64,000 bases of DNA from Candidatus Adlerbacteria bacterium RIFCSPHIGHO2_12_FULL_53_18 (GCA_001775475.1 MEWW01000010.1:5143-69142); one strand, 5' to 3'. Counted from the first letter of the stretch, positions 52,577 through 61,984 are shown. Numbers and translations are program-made. The notes: generated from the letters alone by a model not told the origin.

Positions 52577-52773
52577 CATGTCAATAGAGCGTCAAAATAA
52601 GGCTTTTTACCGTTTCTAATCCCTTAGAGCAGTACTAGACCCGCTCGGCCTCTAGAGTCTGTCCGAGCAGATACCAAGCCTCTAGCTCTATAAGGAGTTA
52701 GTTCCAATTCTGACCCACTTGGGTCACCAAGCAGCAATGCTATACTAAAAAGCATAAAAGTAATTGCTTTTTT

Positions 52774-53010
52774 ATGCCTATTTCCTTAGATTCACTGTCG
52801 AGGTTAAAGAACAAGATAAAGGAAAACGAAAGTAAAATAAAACGCGAGCAAGACTGGTGTAGCCGTACACGTGCAGAGATAGAGGCAAAGCAGAAAGAAG
52901 TTGATGACGCCGAGCGTCTCATTGCATCCCTGGAAAAAGAGAATGCGACTATGGAAAGAGAGCTTGCAGATGCTCAGCGGCAATTGCAGGAAAAAATCGC
53001 AGAAAGATAA
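52774..53010 (+). CDS. Small coiled-coil protein
   Basis: 78 aa, E/K/R-rich heptads; TATACT upstream. Confidence 0.7.
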   Translation: MPISLDSLSRLKNKIKENESKIKREQDWCSRTRAEIEAKQKEVDDAERLIASLEKENATMERELADAQRQLQEKIAER

Positions 53011-53071
53011 TAAACGCGGTCTCAAGATGTCTGGTGCTTGAGTGACATTTCCGCTAGTATCTAAAGCACTC

Positions 53072-53905
53072 ATGAAAAACATTGTTGTTCTCTACCACGC
53101 GAGCTGCCCCGACGGGTTTGGCGGTGCATACAGCGCGTGGAAGAAGTTTGGAGAAAATGCGGAGTATATCCCCGTTTATCATGGCGATCCGCCGCCCAAT
53201 GTTACAGGCAAAGAGGTATATATTGTTGATTTCAGCTACCCTAAAGAAACACTGCTTAAGCTGGAAGTAGGGGCAAAGCGGCTGGTAGTACTCGACCACC
53301 ACGAGGGAGCCGAGGAAGCGGTTGTGGCGGTGCGCGAGCATGTTTATGACTCTACACGCTCCGGCACCGGTATTGCGTGGGAGTACTTCCACCCCGGCAT
53401 CCCGCTCCCCCGCTTACTTGCCTACATCCAAGATGCTGATTTGTGGAAGTTCGAGCGCCCGCACGCCAAAGAGGTAGCGAGTTTTGTCAGCAGCCTTAAG
53501 TTTGAGTTTGACCTATTCGACCCAATTGTCCAAAAAGCAGAAACAGAGGAGGGTTTTGCAGAAATTGTTGCAAAAGGTAAAGCGTATCGTGAATACTACG
53601 ACTACATCTGCGATAAGATAATCGAACAGGCAGAGGAGGTGGAGTTTGAAGGTTATCGCATCTACGCCGTCAATGCGCCCCGGCTCTTCCGCTCCGAGGT
53701 CGGCAACCGGCTTGCAAGGATGAAGGGTCCGTTTGCCGTTGTCTGGTATCCCAATCACGGCAAGTGGCACTTTTCTTTGCGGGGCGATGGCACGATAGAT
53801 CTTACTAAAGTTGCACAAAAATACGGCGGCAATGGCCACACCAACTCTGCGAGTTTTCAACTCCCACTAGATAAACCACTTCCTTTTACGTTTGTTAAAA
53901 AGTAG
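53072..53905 (+). CDS. DHH/DHHA1 phosphoesterase
   Basis: YHASCPDG, IVDFS, LDHH, FSLR, GGNGH. Confidence 0.9.
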   Translation: MKNIVVLYHASCPDGFGGAYSAWKKFGENAEYIPVYHGDPPPNVTGKEVYIVDFSYPKETLLKLEVGAKRLVVLDHHEGAEEAVVAVREHVYDSTRSGTGIAWEYFHPGIPLPRLLAYIQDADLWKFERPHAKEVASFVSSLKFEFDLFDPIVQKAETEEGFAEIVAKGKAYREYYDYICDKIIEQAEEVEFEGYRIYAVNAPRLFRSEVGNRLARMKGPFAVVWYPNHGKWHFSLRGDGTIDLTKVAQKYGGNGHTNSASFQLPLDKPLPFTFVKK

Positions 53906-53907
53906 CT

Positions 53908-55005
53908 ATGCGCGTGTTAGCTATAGAAACCTCCTGCGACGAGACAGGGATTGCAGTCGTAGAAGGAACATGTCAAGGCGAGGCCTTGCCATTTGGTAAG
54001 GCCTCGCCTTTATTCTTTCGTGTACACAAAAACGCCCTGCTCTCGCAGGCGGCACTTCATGCACAGTATGGCGGAGTCTACCCCAACCTAGCTAAGCGCG
54101 AGCACGAAAAGAATTTGCCTTTGCTTTTTGAACAGTTTAGAGACGAGAAAGTAGACGCTGTTGCAGTAACTAAGGGCCCGGGGCTCGAGCCTGCGCTCTG
54201 GCAAGGTATCGTATTTGCCGAAAAAATGGCTAAAGAACGCAGTTTGCCGCTTGTCCCAGTCAACCATATGGAGGGACACCTTATCTCCTCCTTAGTACGA
54301 CATTCCAACATTCTGCAGAATGTTGGAATGTCTGGAGAATTGCGTGATGTGACTTTGCCCGTATTGGCACTCTTAATCTCCGGTGGCCACACAGAGTTTG
54401 TATTAATGCGAAAGTGGTTCAAATACGAAATTATCGGCGAGACACTCGATGATGCCGTAGGCGAAGCCTTCGACAAAGTTGCGCGCATGCTCGGACTCTC
54501 CTATCCAGGAGGACCAGAAATATCGAGGCTTGCTGAACAAAGCCGCAAAGCCAATGCCGAGTCGACTGGGTCCTTGAAGCTCCCTCGACCAATGCTCAAC
54601 ACAAACACTTGCGATGTATCTTTTTCAGGCCTCAAAACTGCAGCACTGTACGCCTTGCGCGGCAAAGATTTGTCAGAGGATGAGAAAAAAGATTTTGCCC
54701 GAGAGTTTGAGGACGCGGTAACGGATGTATTTGTCGCGAAAACCCGCAAGGCTCTGCGGGAAACGGGTGCACAAACGTTTGTAATCGGTGGCGGCGTTGC
54801 AGCCAACAAGTTTATCCGCGAATCTTTGCAAAAATTAATTGACCAGGATTTCTCCGACGTCGAGTTTCGCCTCCCTGAGCTTTCGATAACCGGCGACAAC
54901 GCAATCATGATTGCCGAGGCGGCGCTCGCGCGCCGCCTCTCCGGCCTCGACGACAACGCAAAAGAAGAAGTCCGAGCCGTTGGAAATCTCTCTATTGCGA
55001 GCTAG
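53908..55005 (+). CDS. tsaD: tRNA t6A threonylcarbamoyltransferase
   Basis: IETSCDET, GPGL, NHMEGH, SGGHT, DDAVGEAFDK, GGVAAN, DNAIMIA. Confidence 0.97.
   Translation: MRVLAIETSCDETGIAVVEGTCQGEALPFGKASPLFFRVHKNALLSQAALHAQYGGVYPNLAKREHEKNLPLLFEQFRDEKVDAVAVTKGPGLEPALWQGIVFAEKMAKERSLPLVPVNHMEGHLISSLVRHSNILQNVGMSGELRDVTLPVLALLISGGHTEFVLMRKWFKYEIIGETLDDAVGEAFDKVARMLGLSYPGGPEISRLAEQSRKANAESTGSLKLPRPMLNTNTCDVSFSGLKTAALYALRGKDLSEDEKKDFAREFEDAVTDVFVAKTRKALRETGAQTFVIGGGVAANKFIRESLQKLIDQDFSDVEFRLPELSITGDNAIMIAEAALARRLSGLDDNAKEEVRAVGNLSIAS
53975..54010. repeat. 36-bp in-frame hairpin in tsaD, same family as the iscS insert
   Basis: AAGGCGAGGCCTTGCCA-TT-TGGTAAGGCCTCGCCTT. Confidence 0.9.
54299..54332. 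repeat. Perfect 34-bp palindrome in tsaD
   Basis: GACATTCCAACATTCTGCAGAATGTTGGAATGTC. Confidence 0.9.
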
Positions 55006-55015
55006 AATCAATCCA

Positions 55016-57133
55016 ATGCCCGAGAAGTTTACGAAGCCCTATAACCCCGTGGAGGTCGAGGGCGCTATATATAAAAAATGGGAAGATTCGGGCTACTTTA
55101 ACCCCGACAAACTCCCTGGAGAGCGTACTGAGTCTTTTTCAATCGTTCTTCCCCCGCCCAACGTTACCGGCAGTCTACACCTTGGACACGCGTATGAAGA
55201 TACGCTTCAAGATATAGTAATTCGCTTTCAACGCATGCGCGGCAAAAAAGTACTGTGGCTACCCGGCACTGACTCGGCAGCCATAGCAACGCAGGCACGT
55301 GTAGAAAAGAATATCCAGAAAGAGGAAAAGAAAACCAGGCACGACCTCGGCCGCGAGGAGTTGGTTAAACGTGTGCATGAGTTTGCAAAAAGCAGTGAGA
55401 CCACTATTTTGAGCCAGGTGCGCAAAATGGGCGCAAGTCTTGATTGGTCGCGCTATGCTTACACACTCGATGAAAAGCGAAATCTCGCAGTGCTTACCGC
55501 CTTTAAGCGCATGTACGATGCCGGGCTCATTTATCGCGGCCACAGAATCGTCAATTGGGACCCGAAGGGTCAAACTACAATATCTGATGACGAAGTGATG
55601 TATGAGGAAGAGAAGGGTACATTTTACTATTTTCAATACGGACCGTTTGTTATTGGCACCTCACGACCAGAAACAAAATTTGGGGACAAATATGTCGTGA
55701 TGCATCCAGATGACTCTCGTTACAAGGACTATACGCATGGTCAAAAAATAGAGCTCGAGTGGATTAACGGGCCTATCACCGCCACGGTTATCAAAGACAC
55801 AGCAAGCGATCCCGAGATGGGCTCAGGTGCCATGACCATCACACCGTGGCACTCTATGGCCGACTTCGAGATAGCAGAGCGGCACGGTCTTGACAAAGAA
55901 CAGGTCATAGACCGTTACGGCAAATTACTGCCCATTGCGGGAGAGTTCGCGGGTATGAAGATATCCGAAGCGCGAGAAAAGATTGTAGAAAAACTCCGGC
56001 AGAAGGGCCTCGTCGTAAAAGTCGACGATGCGTATACCCACAATATCGCCACCTCGGAGCGCACTGGTGCCACTATTGAGCCTCAGGTCATGGAGCAATG
56101 GTTTATTGCGGTAAATAAATCCTTCGTCATCCCCCACTCAGAAATCCCAGGTATCACGAGCGGCAGCGAGACGACGCTCAAGGACATTATGCGTGCCGCT
56201 GTTGAAAGCGGAGCTGTTGATATGCCACAGGAAGGTTTCCGTAAAACATATTTCCACTGGATTGAAAACCTTTATGACTGGTGCATCTCGAGACAAATTT
56301 GGTTTGGACATCGCATCCCTGTTTGGTATCGCGAACAAGAGGTCTACTGCGGTGTTACCCCCCCTGAGGGCGACGGGTGGGAGCAGGACCCTGACGTGCT
56401 GGATACTTGGTTCTCCTCCGCACTGTGGACGTTTTCAACTCTCGGATGGCCAGAGGATACAAAAGACCTTGAAACATTTCATCCCACCTCGTTTATGTCG
56501 CCTGCATATGAAATTCTTCAACTATGGGTATCCCGCATGATACTCATGAGCGGCTTCCATCTTGGGCAAGTACCCTTTAAGAAAGTCATGATTCACGGAC
56601 TGGTGCGGGCAAAGGACGGTAGAAAATTTAGCAAGTCACTCAACAACGGAGTCGACCCGCTGGAGATGATAGAAAAATACGGTGCTGATGCGCTGCGCAT
56701 GGGACTCATTGTGGGAGCTGTAATCGGAAGTGATATTAGGTTTGATGAGCAAAAAGTTAAAGCCTACAAGCTCTTTGCCAACAAAGTCTGGAACATCGCA
56801 CGGTTTGTGCTCTCGCAGGAGAGAACGGGCGACATAAAAACAGAACTTAAGGAAGAGTTTGACGCACTCGCTAAAGAAGTTACAGCGGATATGGAAAATT
56901 ACCGGGTGTATATGGCTGCCGAAAAACTTTATCACTATCTGTGGGGCCGCTTTGCCGCGGAAATTTTAGAGGAGAGTAAAGGCAAACCTGAGTATGGCAA
57001 AACGTTGTACTACATTTTAGAAAACTCGCTCAAGCTCCTCCACCCCTTTATGCCATTTATTACCGAGGAGATTTGGAACAGCATGCCCGGCAAAAAAGAG
57101 CTGTTGATGGTCGAAGAGTGGCCTATAAAGTAG
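55016..57133 (+). CDS. valS: Valine--tRNA ligase (short form)
   Basis: PPPNVTGSLHLGH, WCISRQIWFGHRIP, DVLDTWFSS, KFSKS. Confidence 0.96.
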   Translation: MPEKFTKPYNPVEVEGAIYKKWEDSGYFNPDKLPGERTESFSIVLPPPNVTGSLHLGHAYEDTLQDIVIRFQRMRGKKVLWLPGTDSAAIATQARVEKNIQKEEKKTRHDLGREELVKRVHEFAKSSETTILSQVRKMGASLDWSRYAYTLDEKRNLAVLTAFKRMYDAGLIYRGHRIVNWDPKGQTTISDDEVMYEEEKGTFYYFQYGPFVIGTSRPETKFGDKYVVMHPDDSRYKDYTHGQKIELEWINGPITATVIKDTASDPEMGSGAMTITPWHSMADFEIAERHGLDKEQVIDRYGKLLPIAGEFAGMKISEAREKIVEKLRQKGLVVKVDDAYTHNIATSERTGATIEPQVMEQWFIAVNKSFVIPHSEIPGITSGSETTLKDIMRAAVESGAVDMPQEGFRKTYFHWIENLYDWCISRQIWFGHRIPVWYREQEVYCGVTPPEGDGWEQDPDVLDTWFSSALWTFSTLGWPEDTKDLETFHPTSFMSPAYEILQLWVSRMILMSGFHLGQVPFKKVMIHGLVRAKDGRKFSKSLNNGVDPLEMIEKYGADALRMGLIVGAVIGSDIRFDEQKVKAYKLFANKVWNIARFVLSQERTGDIKTELKEEFDALAKEVTADMENYRVYMAAEKLYHYLWGRFAAEILEESKGKPEYGKTLYYILENSLKLLHPFMPFITEEIWNSMPGKKELLMVEEWPIK

Positions 57134-57148
57134 CGCTATAATAGCGAT

Positions 57149-57835
57149 ATGTTCGAGCCTTTGCTCCTTGTTGCACTGCTAGGCGGTCTTTTGCCTGCCC
57201 TGCTGTGGCTTGCTTTTTGGCTCCTCGAAGACCGGTGCGAACCCGAGCCTAAGCGCTACATCTTTTATTGCTTTGTCCTAGGCATGGCCACAATCCCCTT
57301 AGTGCTCTGGGGAGAAAAGCTTGTGGCACACTATCTGACGGGGCCGCTCCTTCTCGTTGCCTGGGCTGGGATAGAAGAGGTGTGCAAGTTTGGCGCAGCC
57401 TACTTTGCGGCCCTGCGCTGGAGCGTCTTTGACGAGCCCCTAGACGCGGTTATTTACATGGTGACGGCGGCACTAGGTTTTGCGGCGATAGAAAATACCC
57501 TATTTATCCTCTCGCCGTTGGAAAACGGCAATGTCCTTCAGACCATTATGACCGGCAACCTCCGCTTTATAGGAGCAACACTTCTCCACACGCTCTCCTC
57601 GGCAACTGTGGGGCTTGCGCTTGCATTTGCATTTTATAACCGGGCAAGCATTAGGCGTTTAGCAGCCCTAGGCGGGGTTATCCTTGCAGTGCTGTTGCAC
57701 GCACTTTTTAACTTGTCTATACTAGGCAAAGGTGGCAGTTCGATATTCTGGATTTTCCTCCTTATCTGGCTTGGTATTATCGGCGCGCTTCTACTTGTAG
57801 AGCGGGTCAAGCAGCCGTCACGTGATTATTGCTAA
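57149..57835 (+). CDS. PrsW-family intramembrane protease
   Basis: EPEP, IEEVCK, LGFAAIEN, LLH...LHALFN. Confidence 0.9.
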   Translation: MFEPLLLVALLGGLLPALLWLAFWLLEDRCEPEPKRYIFYCFVLGMATIPLVLWGEKLVAHYLTGPLLLVAWAGIEEVCKFGAAYFAALRWSVFDEPLDAVIYMVTAALGFAAIENTLFILSPLENGNVLQTIMTGNLRFIGATLLHTLSSATVGLALAFAFYNRASIRRLAALGGVILAVLLHALFNLSILGKGGSSIFWIFLLIWLGIIGALLLVERVKQPSRDYC

Positions 57836-57853
57836 ATTCCTCCCTTTGTACTC

Positions 57854-58354
57854 ATGGCGCGAGAAAAAAAATCCCTCTTTGGTTGGTTGACTGGCGGCGC
57901 AGATGCCGACAACGACTACTCGTTTGACGACCTCGAGGCGGGCTCGGGAGCGCTCCCCACCCGTGGCCGTGCAGCGGCCGAAAAGCACCCTGCTTCCATG
58001 CCAGACCCTATAGAAGAGCCTATAGACGGGGAGCTCTCGGTAGATGTCTACCAAACCCCAAGCCACATCGTGGTTAAGGCCATGATTGCGGGAGTCCGAC
58101 CTGAAGATTTGGATGTCACTATAACCCGCGACATGGTTACAATTCGGGGCAAGCGCGAGCAGCATACCGAAGGCAGCGCGGGCGACTTCTTTTTTCAAGA
58201 GCTCTATTGGGGCTCGTTTTCGCGCACCATAGTCTTGCCGCAGGAGGTTGAGGTTGAAGAAGCGGAAGCCGTGGAAAAACACGGGCTCCTCATCATCCGC
58301 CTTCCCAAACTTGATAAAGGCCGCCAGGCCAAGCTCAAGGTCAAATCGAGTTAA
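57854..58354 (+). CDS. Hsp20/alpha-crystallin small heat shock protein
   Basis: VDVYQT, TIRGKR, WGSFSRTIVLP, GLLIIRLPK. Confidence 0.93.
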   Translation: MAREKKSLFGWLTGGADADNDYSFDDLEAGSGALPTRGRAAAEKHPASMPDPIEEPIDGELSVDVYQTPSHIVVKAMIAGVRPEDLDVTITRDMVTIRGKREQHTEGSAGDFFFQELYWGSFSRTIVLPQEVEVEEAEAVEKHGLLIIRLPKLDKGRQAKLKVKSS

Positions 58355-58359
58355 AGCAG

Positions 58360-58422
58360 GTGCTTGGGGCCGGGCACTGGGAAACCCACGGTTTTCCCAA
58401 CTTTCCTCATTTCGTCCGTCTG
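58360..58422 (-). repeat. tRNA-linked mini-element downstream of tRNA-Phe
   Basis: Copy of the tRNA 3' end (14/16) at 58360-58375 plus a GGGAAAACCGTGGGTTTCCC hairpin. Confidence 0.65.
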
Positions 58423-58495
58423 TGCCTGGGCCCGGGCTCGAACCGGGGACCCTTCCCTCTTCAGGGGAATGCTCTACCAACTGAGCTACCCAGGC
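58423..58495 (-). tRNA. tRNA-Phe(GAA)
   Basis: TTCCC-CTGAAGA-GGGAA. Confidence 0.95.
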
Positions 58496-58530
58496 GATTT
58501 GGGTACTCTAGCATATTTGTCACTAAATTT

Positions 58531-58800
58531 TTAGGGCTGCTGAAACTGATTTCCAATCTGCCGCGCCTGTTCAAGGGCTTGTTGGGCCGTGTCGTAAAGC
58601 TCCTTCATTTCCTGCAGGTAGGGCAGCAAGTAGAAAAAAGCCCCTACCGAAAACGCTGCAATAACAGCGAGCCAAATAAACTTGCCTACCCTGCCCCATA
58701 CGGCCGTGCGATGCATCGACTTAACCATCGCATTCGTCTCTTGAGTAAGCGCCGTATTTTGCCGAATAAGCTCTTTGAGCTGTTCTATTTGCGGATCCAT
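58531..58800 (-). CDS. Small single-TM coiled-coil protein
   Basis: 89 aa; TATAAT 6 nt before ATG. Confidence 0.7.
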   Translation of the reverse strand: MDPQIEQLKELIRQNTALTQETNAMVKSMHRTAVWGRVGKFIWLAVIAAFSVGAFFYLLPYLQEMKELYDTAQQALEQARQIGNQFQQP

Positions 58801-58823
58801 GCGTTCATTATATCATCTCTCTT

Positions 58824-58899
58824 TGGTGCCCCCGCGAGGAATCGAACCTCGATCAAACCCTTAGGACGGGTACGTTCTGATCCGTTGAACTACGGGGGC
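58824..58899 (-). tRNA. tRNA-Arg(CCT)
   Basis: ACCC-GTCCTAA-GGGT; encoded CCA. Confidence 0.92.
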
Positions 58900-58930
58900 G
58901 GATAAACAAGGTTATCCTAACAGGTATTGT

Positions 58931-59200
58931 CTATTCGTAAATATCATGGGTACCTATTTGAAAAAATCGAGCAATCTTTCCTTCTTCTGAATCCTCGATA
59001 ATGTCAAAGATAATGCGATACGAATATGTAACTGAAAATGCAGATAGGCCTTCCATTTTCCCTGTAAGCTTATGAACTCTCAGGCGTGGGTCGAAGGGGT
59101 TTTGGGCAAAAATTTTCGTCTTTTTCTTTGCGATTTCACGAATATCGGAGGGTGTTTTCTTATATTGTCGAAGATAGAGCGGAGAAAAGAAAACCTCCAT
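58931..59200 (-). CDS. RelE/YafQ-family toxin
   Basis: NPFDPRLRVHKLTG, FSVTYSYRIIF, IGTHDIY. Confidence 0.9.
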   Translation of the reverse strand: MEVFFSPLYLRQYKKTPSDIREIAKKKTKIFAQNPFDPRLRVHKLTGKMEGLSAFSVTYSYRIIFDIIEDSEEGKIARFFQIGTHDIYE

Positions 59201-59210
59201 GGAATGCCTG

Positions 59211-59426
59211 TTATCTAAGCTCTTTGAGGGAACTTAGACGCTTCCAGGTTTTTTTATTGAATGTCCTTTTTTGTTCCTGTAACTCCTCCGCAAGTTTGCG
59301 ACGCTTTTCCTCCCGCAAGAGGTAGCGGAAGAACTCGCTGACAGAGGCAAACCCTTCTGCACGCGCTACACGTTTTGCTTCTGCGGCGGTTTCTTTGGGT
59401 ACGGATATGTTAAGAATGGTTCTCAT
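59211..59426 (-). CDS. Ribbon-helix-helix antitoxin
   Basis: MRTILNISVP...GFASVSEFFRYLLR; directly upstream of the toxin. Confidence 0.85.
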   Translation of the reverse strand: MRTILNISVPKETAAEAKRVARAEGFASVSEFFRYLLREEKRRKLAEELQEQKRTFNKKTWKRLSSLKELR

Positions 59427-59544
59427 AGCTGTATTACAAAGTATATACACCTACCCGCACAAAGTCAATTTTGCAATACTTACGCCTCAACCCACTGTCT
59501 CGAAGACTCCCAGTACACACCAAGAATATAGTCGTAAAGCCTCC

Positions 59545-59787
59545 TTATTCTTGGATGCCTAACTTCTGCGCCAAACGGCCGCGGTCAAAGCCGACCATCA
59601 CCTCGTCCCCTATAACGATTACCGGCACACCGAGCTGGCCTGTCATCTGTATCATCTCCTGGCGCTTTGCCGCGTCACTTGCAACATCGTAGTTAGTAAA
59701 CTCAACCCCTTTTTCAGTAAAAAATTCTTTTGCCATGTGGCAAAAGTGACAGGTCGGGGTCGAATAAATAGTGACAGATTTTTGCAT
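59545..59787 (-). CDS. Glutaredoxin-like (NrdH/YruB) protein
   Basis: IYSTPTCHFC, GQLGVPVI, GFD. Confidence 0.92.
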   Translation of the reverse strand: MQKSVTIYSTPTCHFCHMAKEFFTEKGVEFTNYDVASDAAKRQEMIQMTGQLGVPVIVIGDEVMVGFDRGRLAQKLGIQE

Positions 59788-59833
59788 GACTTTCTTTATT
59801 AACTGTTTTCTTTTAGTATAACATACGTGCCAA

Positions 59834-59904
59834 GCGGGATTAGTTCAGTGGCAGAACGAGTGCTTCCCAAGCATTAGGCGCGAGTCCGATTCTCGCATCC
59901 CGCA
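59834..59904 (+). tRNA. tRNA-Gly(CCC)
   Basis: AGTGC-TTCCCAA-GCATT. Confidence 0.92.
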
Positions 59905-59917
59905 CAGAATTCATCAC

Positions 59918-60316
59918 TTACCATGCCAGCAGCGCGTTAAAAAGCTTGCTAAACGGGTTATTTGCCGTAATTTCTTCAATACTCTCGGCACTCTCTGTCC
60001 GCACAATACGAATCTCTCCCTCGCCGGGGCGCACCACCCCAAAGCGTTCCCGCACTGCGGCTTCGATACCTCTCTCAGACGAAAACTGCTCCAGCGTCGC
60101 GACTATAGTGACATACTCTTCTTTAGTGGCCGCAAGCTCGGCCTCAGCTAGCGCGCGCTCCCCGACCGCCATGTCGAAGGTCTGATACATGCCCCAAGCC
60201 GCTTTTACCGAAGCACTTGATACAAAAAGTAAGACGCCCGCCGTCACGAGCGCCAAAAAGAAGCGCCAGAAGACGTGTTCGCTCGTTTGGTTGGTTTTAA
60301 AATCTCTCTGGGGCAT
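59918..60316 (-). CDS. Septum formation initiator (FtsB/DivIC-like)
   Basis: TM, coiled coil, GIEAAVRERFGVVRPGE. Confidence 0.8.
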   Translation of the reverse strand: MPQRDFKTNQTSEHVFWRFFLALVTAGVLLFVSSASVKAAWGMYQTFDMAVGERALAEAELAATKEEYVTIVATLEQFSSERGIEAAVRERFGVVRPGEGEIRIVRTESAESIEEITANNPFSKLFNALLAW

Positions 60317-60354
60317 AGGTTGAAGGGTTGGAGAAATACGCTATACTAAGTGCC

Positions 60355-60459
60355 ATGTTTGGAAGAAATGGCAGCCGGATGGCTCGTATCGTGACCTGGT
60401 TTGTAGGGGTGGTTATTATCCTCAGCATGGTATTGGCCTACTTTGCAATGCTTATCTGA
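60355..60459 (+). CDS. 34-aa single-TM peptide
   Basis: MFGRNGSRMARIVTWFVGVVIILSMVLAYFAMLI; TATACT 7 nt upstream. Confidence 0.55.
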   Translation: MFGRNGSRMARIVTWFVGVVIILSMVLAYFAMLI

Positions 60460-60818
60460 TTGGGCGCTATGAGGAGCAGAGGCTCCGGAGCCGGCACCGA
60501 TGTAGCTGCGTCGGCCAACGGCTCGGATACAGCTCCTACGGAGGCCAGGTTTGACCGAGCAGGCCCAGAGAAGCCTGCGACAATTGCCGCACCCATAGCC
60601 ACATAGGCGCGCTCCTGGGCGTCGCCAAGCGCATACACACTCTCTACGTAGGACTCGACTACAATCCGCGTCAGCGGTATCCCTATCGCGTAGGAGAAGG
60701 CGAGGTTAAATACGGTGAGCGCCACAATAACGCCGAGCGCTACAGAGGAGTCGCGCTTTTTAAACGGTTGTTTTTTAGGACTTTTCGCACTCTTTACACT
60801 CCTCGAACGCTTTTTCAT
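60438..60818 (-). CDS. Hypothetical membrane-anchored protein
   Basis: Basic N-terminus and TM; 3' end overlaps the small peptide gene. Confidence 0.55.
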   Translation of the reverse strand: MKKRSRSVKSAKSPKKQPFKKRDSSVALGVIVALTVFNLAFSYAIGIPLTRIVVESYVESVYALGDAQERAYVAMGAAIVAGFSGPARSNLASVGAVSEPLADAATSVPAPEPLLLIAPNQISIAK

Positions 60819-60947
60819 AACCTTCCCAGGCTAGGTTAATAATTTTTAGAAAAAGAAAATGCCGGGCCCAAAAATGGCCCGGCCCTGTTGCCTGACTATA
60901 GTACCCCTCCCTTCCTCTTGATGCAAATCAGGGCTCTGTGGATATCT

Positions 60948-60986
60948 CCCGACGCTTTGGTCGGGACCCCGACCGGGAGCGTCGGG
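60948..60986. repeat. REP-like doublet CCCGAC...GTCGGG x2
   Basis: CCCGACGCT-TT-GGTCGGG-AC-CCCGACC-GGG-AGCGTCGGG. Confidence 0.8.
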
Positions 60987-61044
60987 GTTTAATCGCCTAC
61001 TAAAAGAATTCCAGGCTGCTAAATATGGTCAGCTTGCCCGGATA

Positions 61045-61155
61045 TTACAAGAGTTTTCTAAACTCTTCTTCGGTTAAGCCGGCTTGTTTTATTATTTGTT
61101 TTAAAAGGGAGCGTTTTATATCACCCGGGTGTATAGGAACAGAGGTCACAAGGCG
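61045..61155 (-). pseudogene. hicA: HicA toxin C-terminal fragment
   Basis: RLVTSVPIHPGDIKRSLLKQIIKQAGLTEEEFRKLL; N-terminal half with the GSH motif is missing. Confidence 0.8.
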
Positions 61156-61343
61156 CTAACGGGAATTTGCTCTCCATGCTTAACTAATGTGTCCAAGTAT
61201 CCCTCGATAGCATCCTTTGCCATCTCCCTAACCTCGTCGAGCGACTCCCCTTGTGTGAGACACCCGGGCAGTGCAGGAACCTCGGCCCAGTAGCCGCCCT
61301 CCTCTGCCTTATGTACTCGCACCGTATAGTTAAACACCTTCAT
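61146..61343 (-). CDS. hicB: HicB-family antitoxin
   Basis: EEGGYWAEVPALPGCLTQGESLDE...DAIEGYL. Confidence 0.92.
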   Translation of the reverse strand: MKVFNYTVRVHKAEEGGYWAEVPALPGCLTQGESLDEVREMAKDAIEGYLDTLVKHGEQIPVSAL

Positions 61344-61463
61344 ACCCGACACTATACCACAACTTCTCCAACGACGTGAGGTTTAGCCTCACGAGTTACA
61401 GTCACGCTCCATGTGCACAGCATGAACGACTTACGAAGTCGTTCATTTAGACACCGAAGCGGC

Positions 61464-61979
61464 TTACCAATCTGCAGCCCCTTGCGAATAGACTGAACAA
61501 AACGTGTGTTGTGATTCGGTTGTCCGGCGAGGGTCGGCAAAATTCTGGCCTAGCTTGCATTTAGTCCCTACTTCGGCGCTCCAGTCGGTGGAGAGTTTGT
61601 AATTGGTCCCATTAGATCTATAAATGTAGCCCTTGAAAGATCCCCCGCTGACGCAGCCCGATGGGTCTGTGGGAAGAACTGCGATATACGCTGGAGCCAG
61701 GTTAGGGACATAGCCATTCGCGCCGCTTGTGTCGCGTGGTGTCGGATCGGCGCCGTTGGTACAGACCGTCCACCAACTGCCGCCCGTTGATGGGTAGGAA
61801 CCATTGTCGTTATAGTAGAGCTTCAAGCCAATATCCACGTTAATCAAATCTGAGTATCGTTTTGCGTCTCGAGACTCTTTGCGAGAGCTACCGAGACCAG
61901 CGACGACAATGGTTGAAAGAATGCCGATTATCCCAACCACAACCATAAGCTCAACTAGCGTAAAGCCGCGTACGTGCAT
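61464..61979 (-). CDS. Type IV pilin/GspG-like prepilin
   Basis: RGFTLVELMVVVGIIGILS, SRDAKR, LYYND.G.YP, LPTDP. Confidence 0.9.
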   Translation of the reverse strand: MHVRGFTLVELMVVVGIIGILSTIVVAGLGSSRKESRDAKRYSDLINVDIGLKLYYNDNGSYPSTGGSWWTVCTNGADPTPRDTSGANGYVPNLAPAYIAVLPTDPSGCVSGGSFKGYIYRSNGTNYKLSTDWSAEVGTKCKLGQNFADPRRTTESQHTFCSVYSQGAADW

Positions 61980-61984
61980 GTAAT

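Noticed and set aside
55016-57133. Short ValS (also short IF-2, RelA and Pth) as pseudogenes
   Set aside because: Catalytic motifs are intact and there are no frameshifts, consistent with lineage-wide streamlining.
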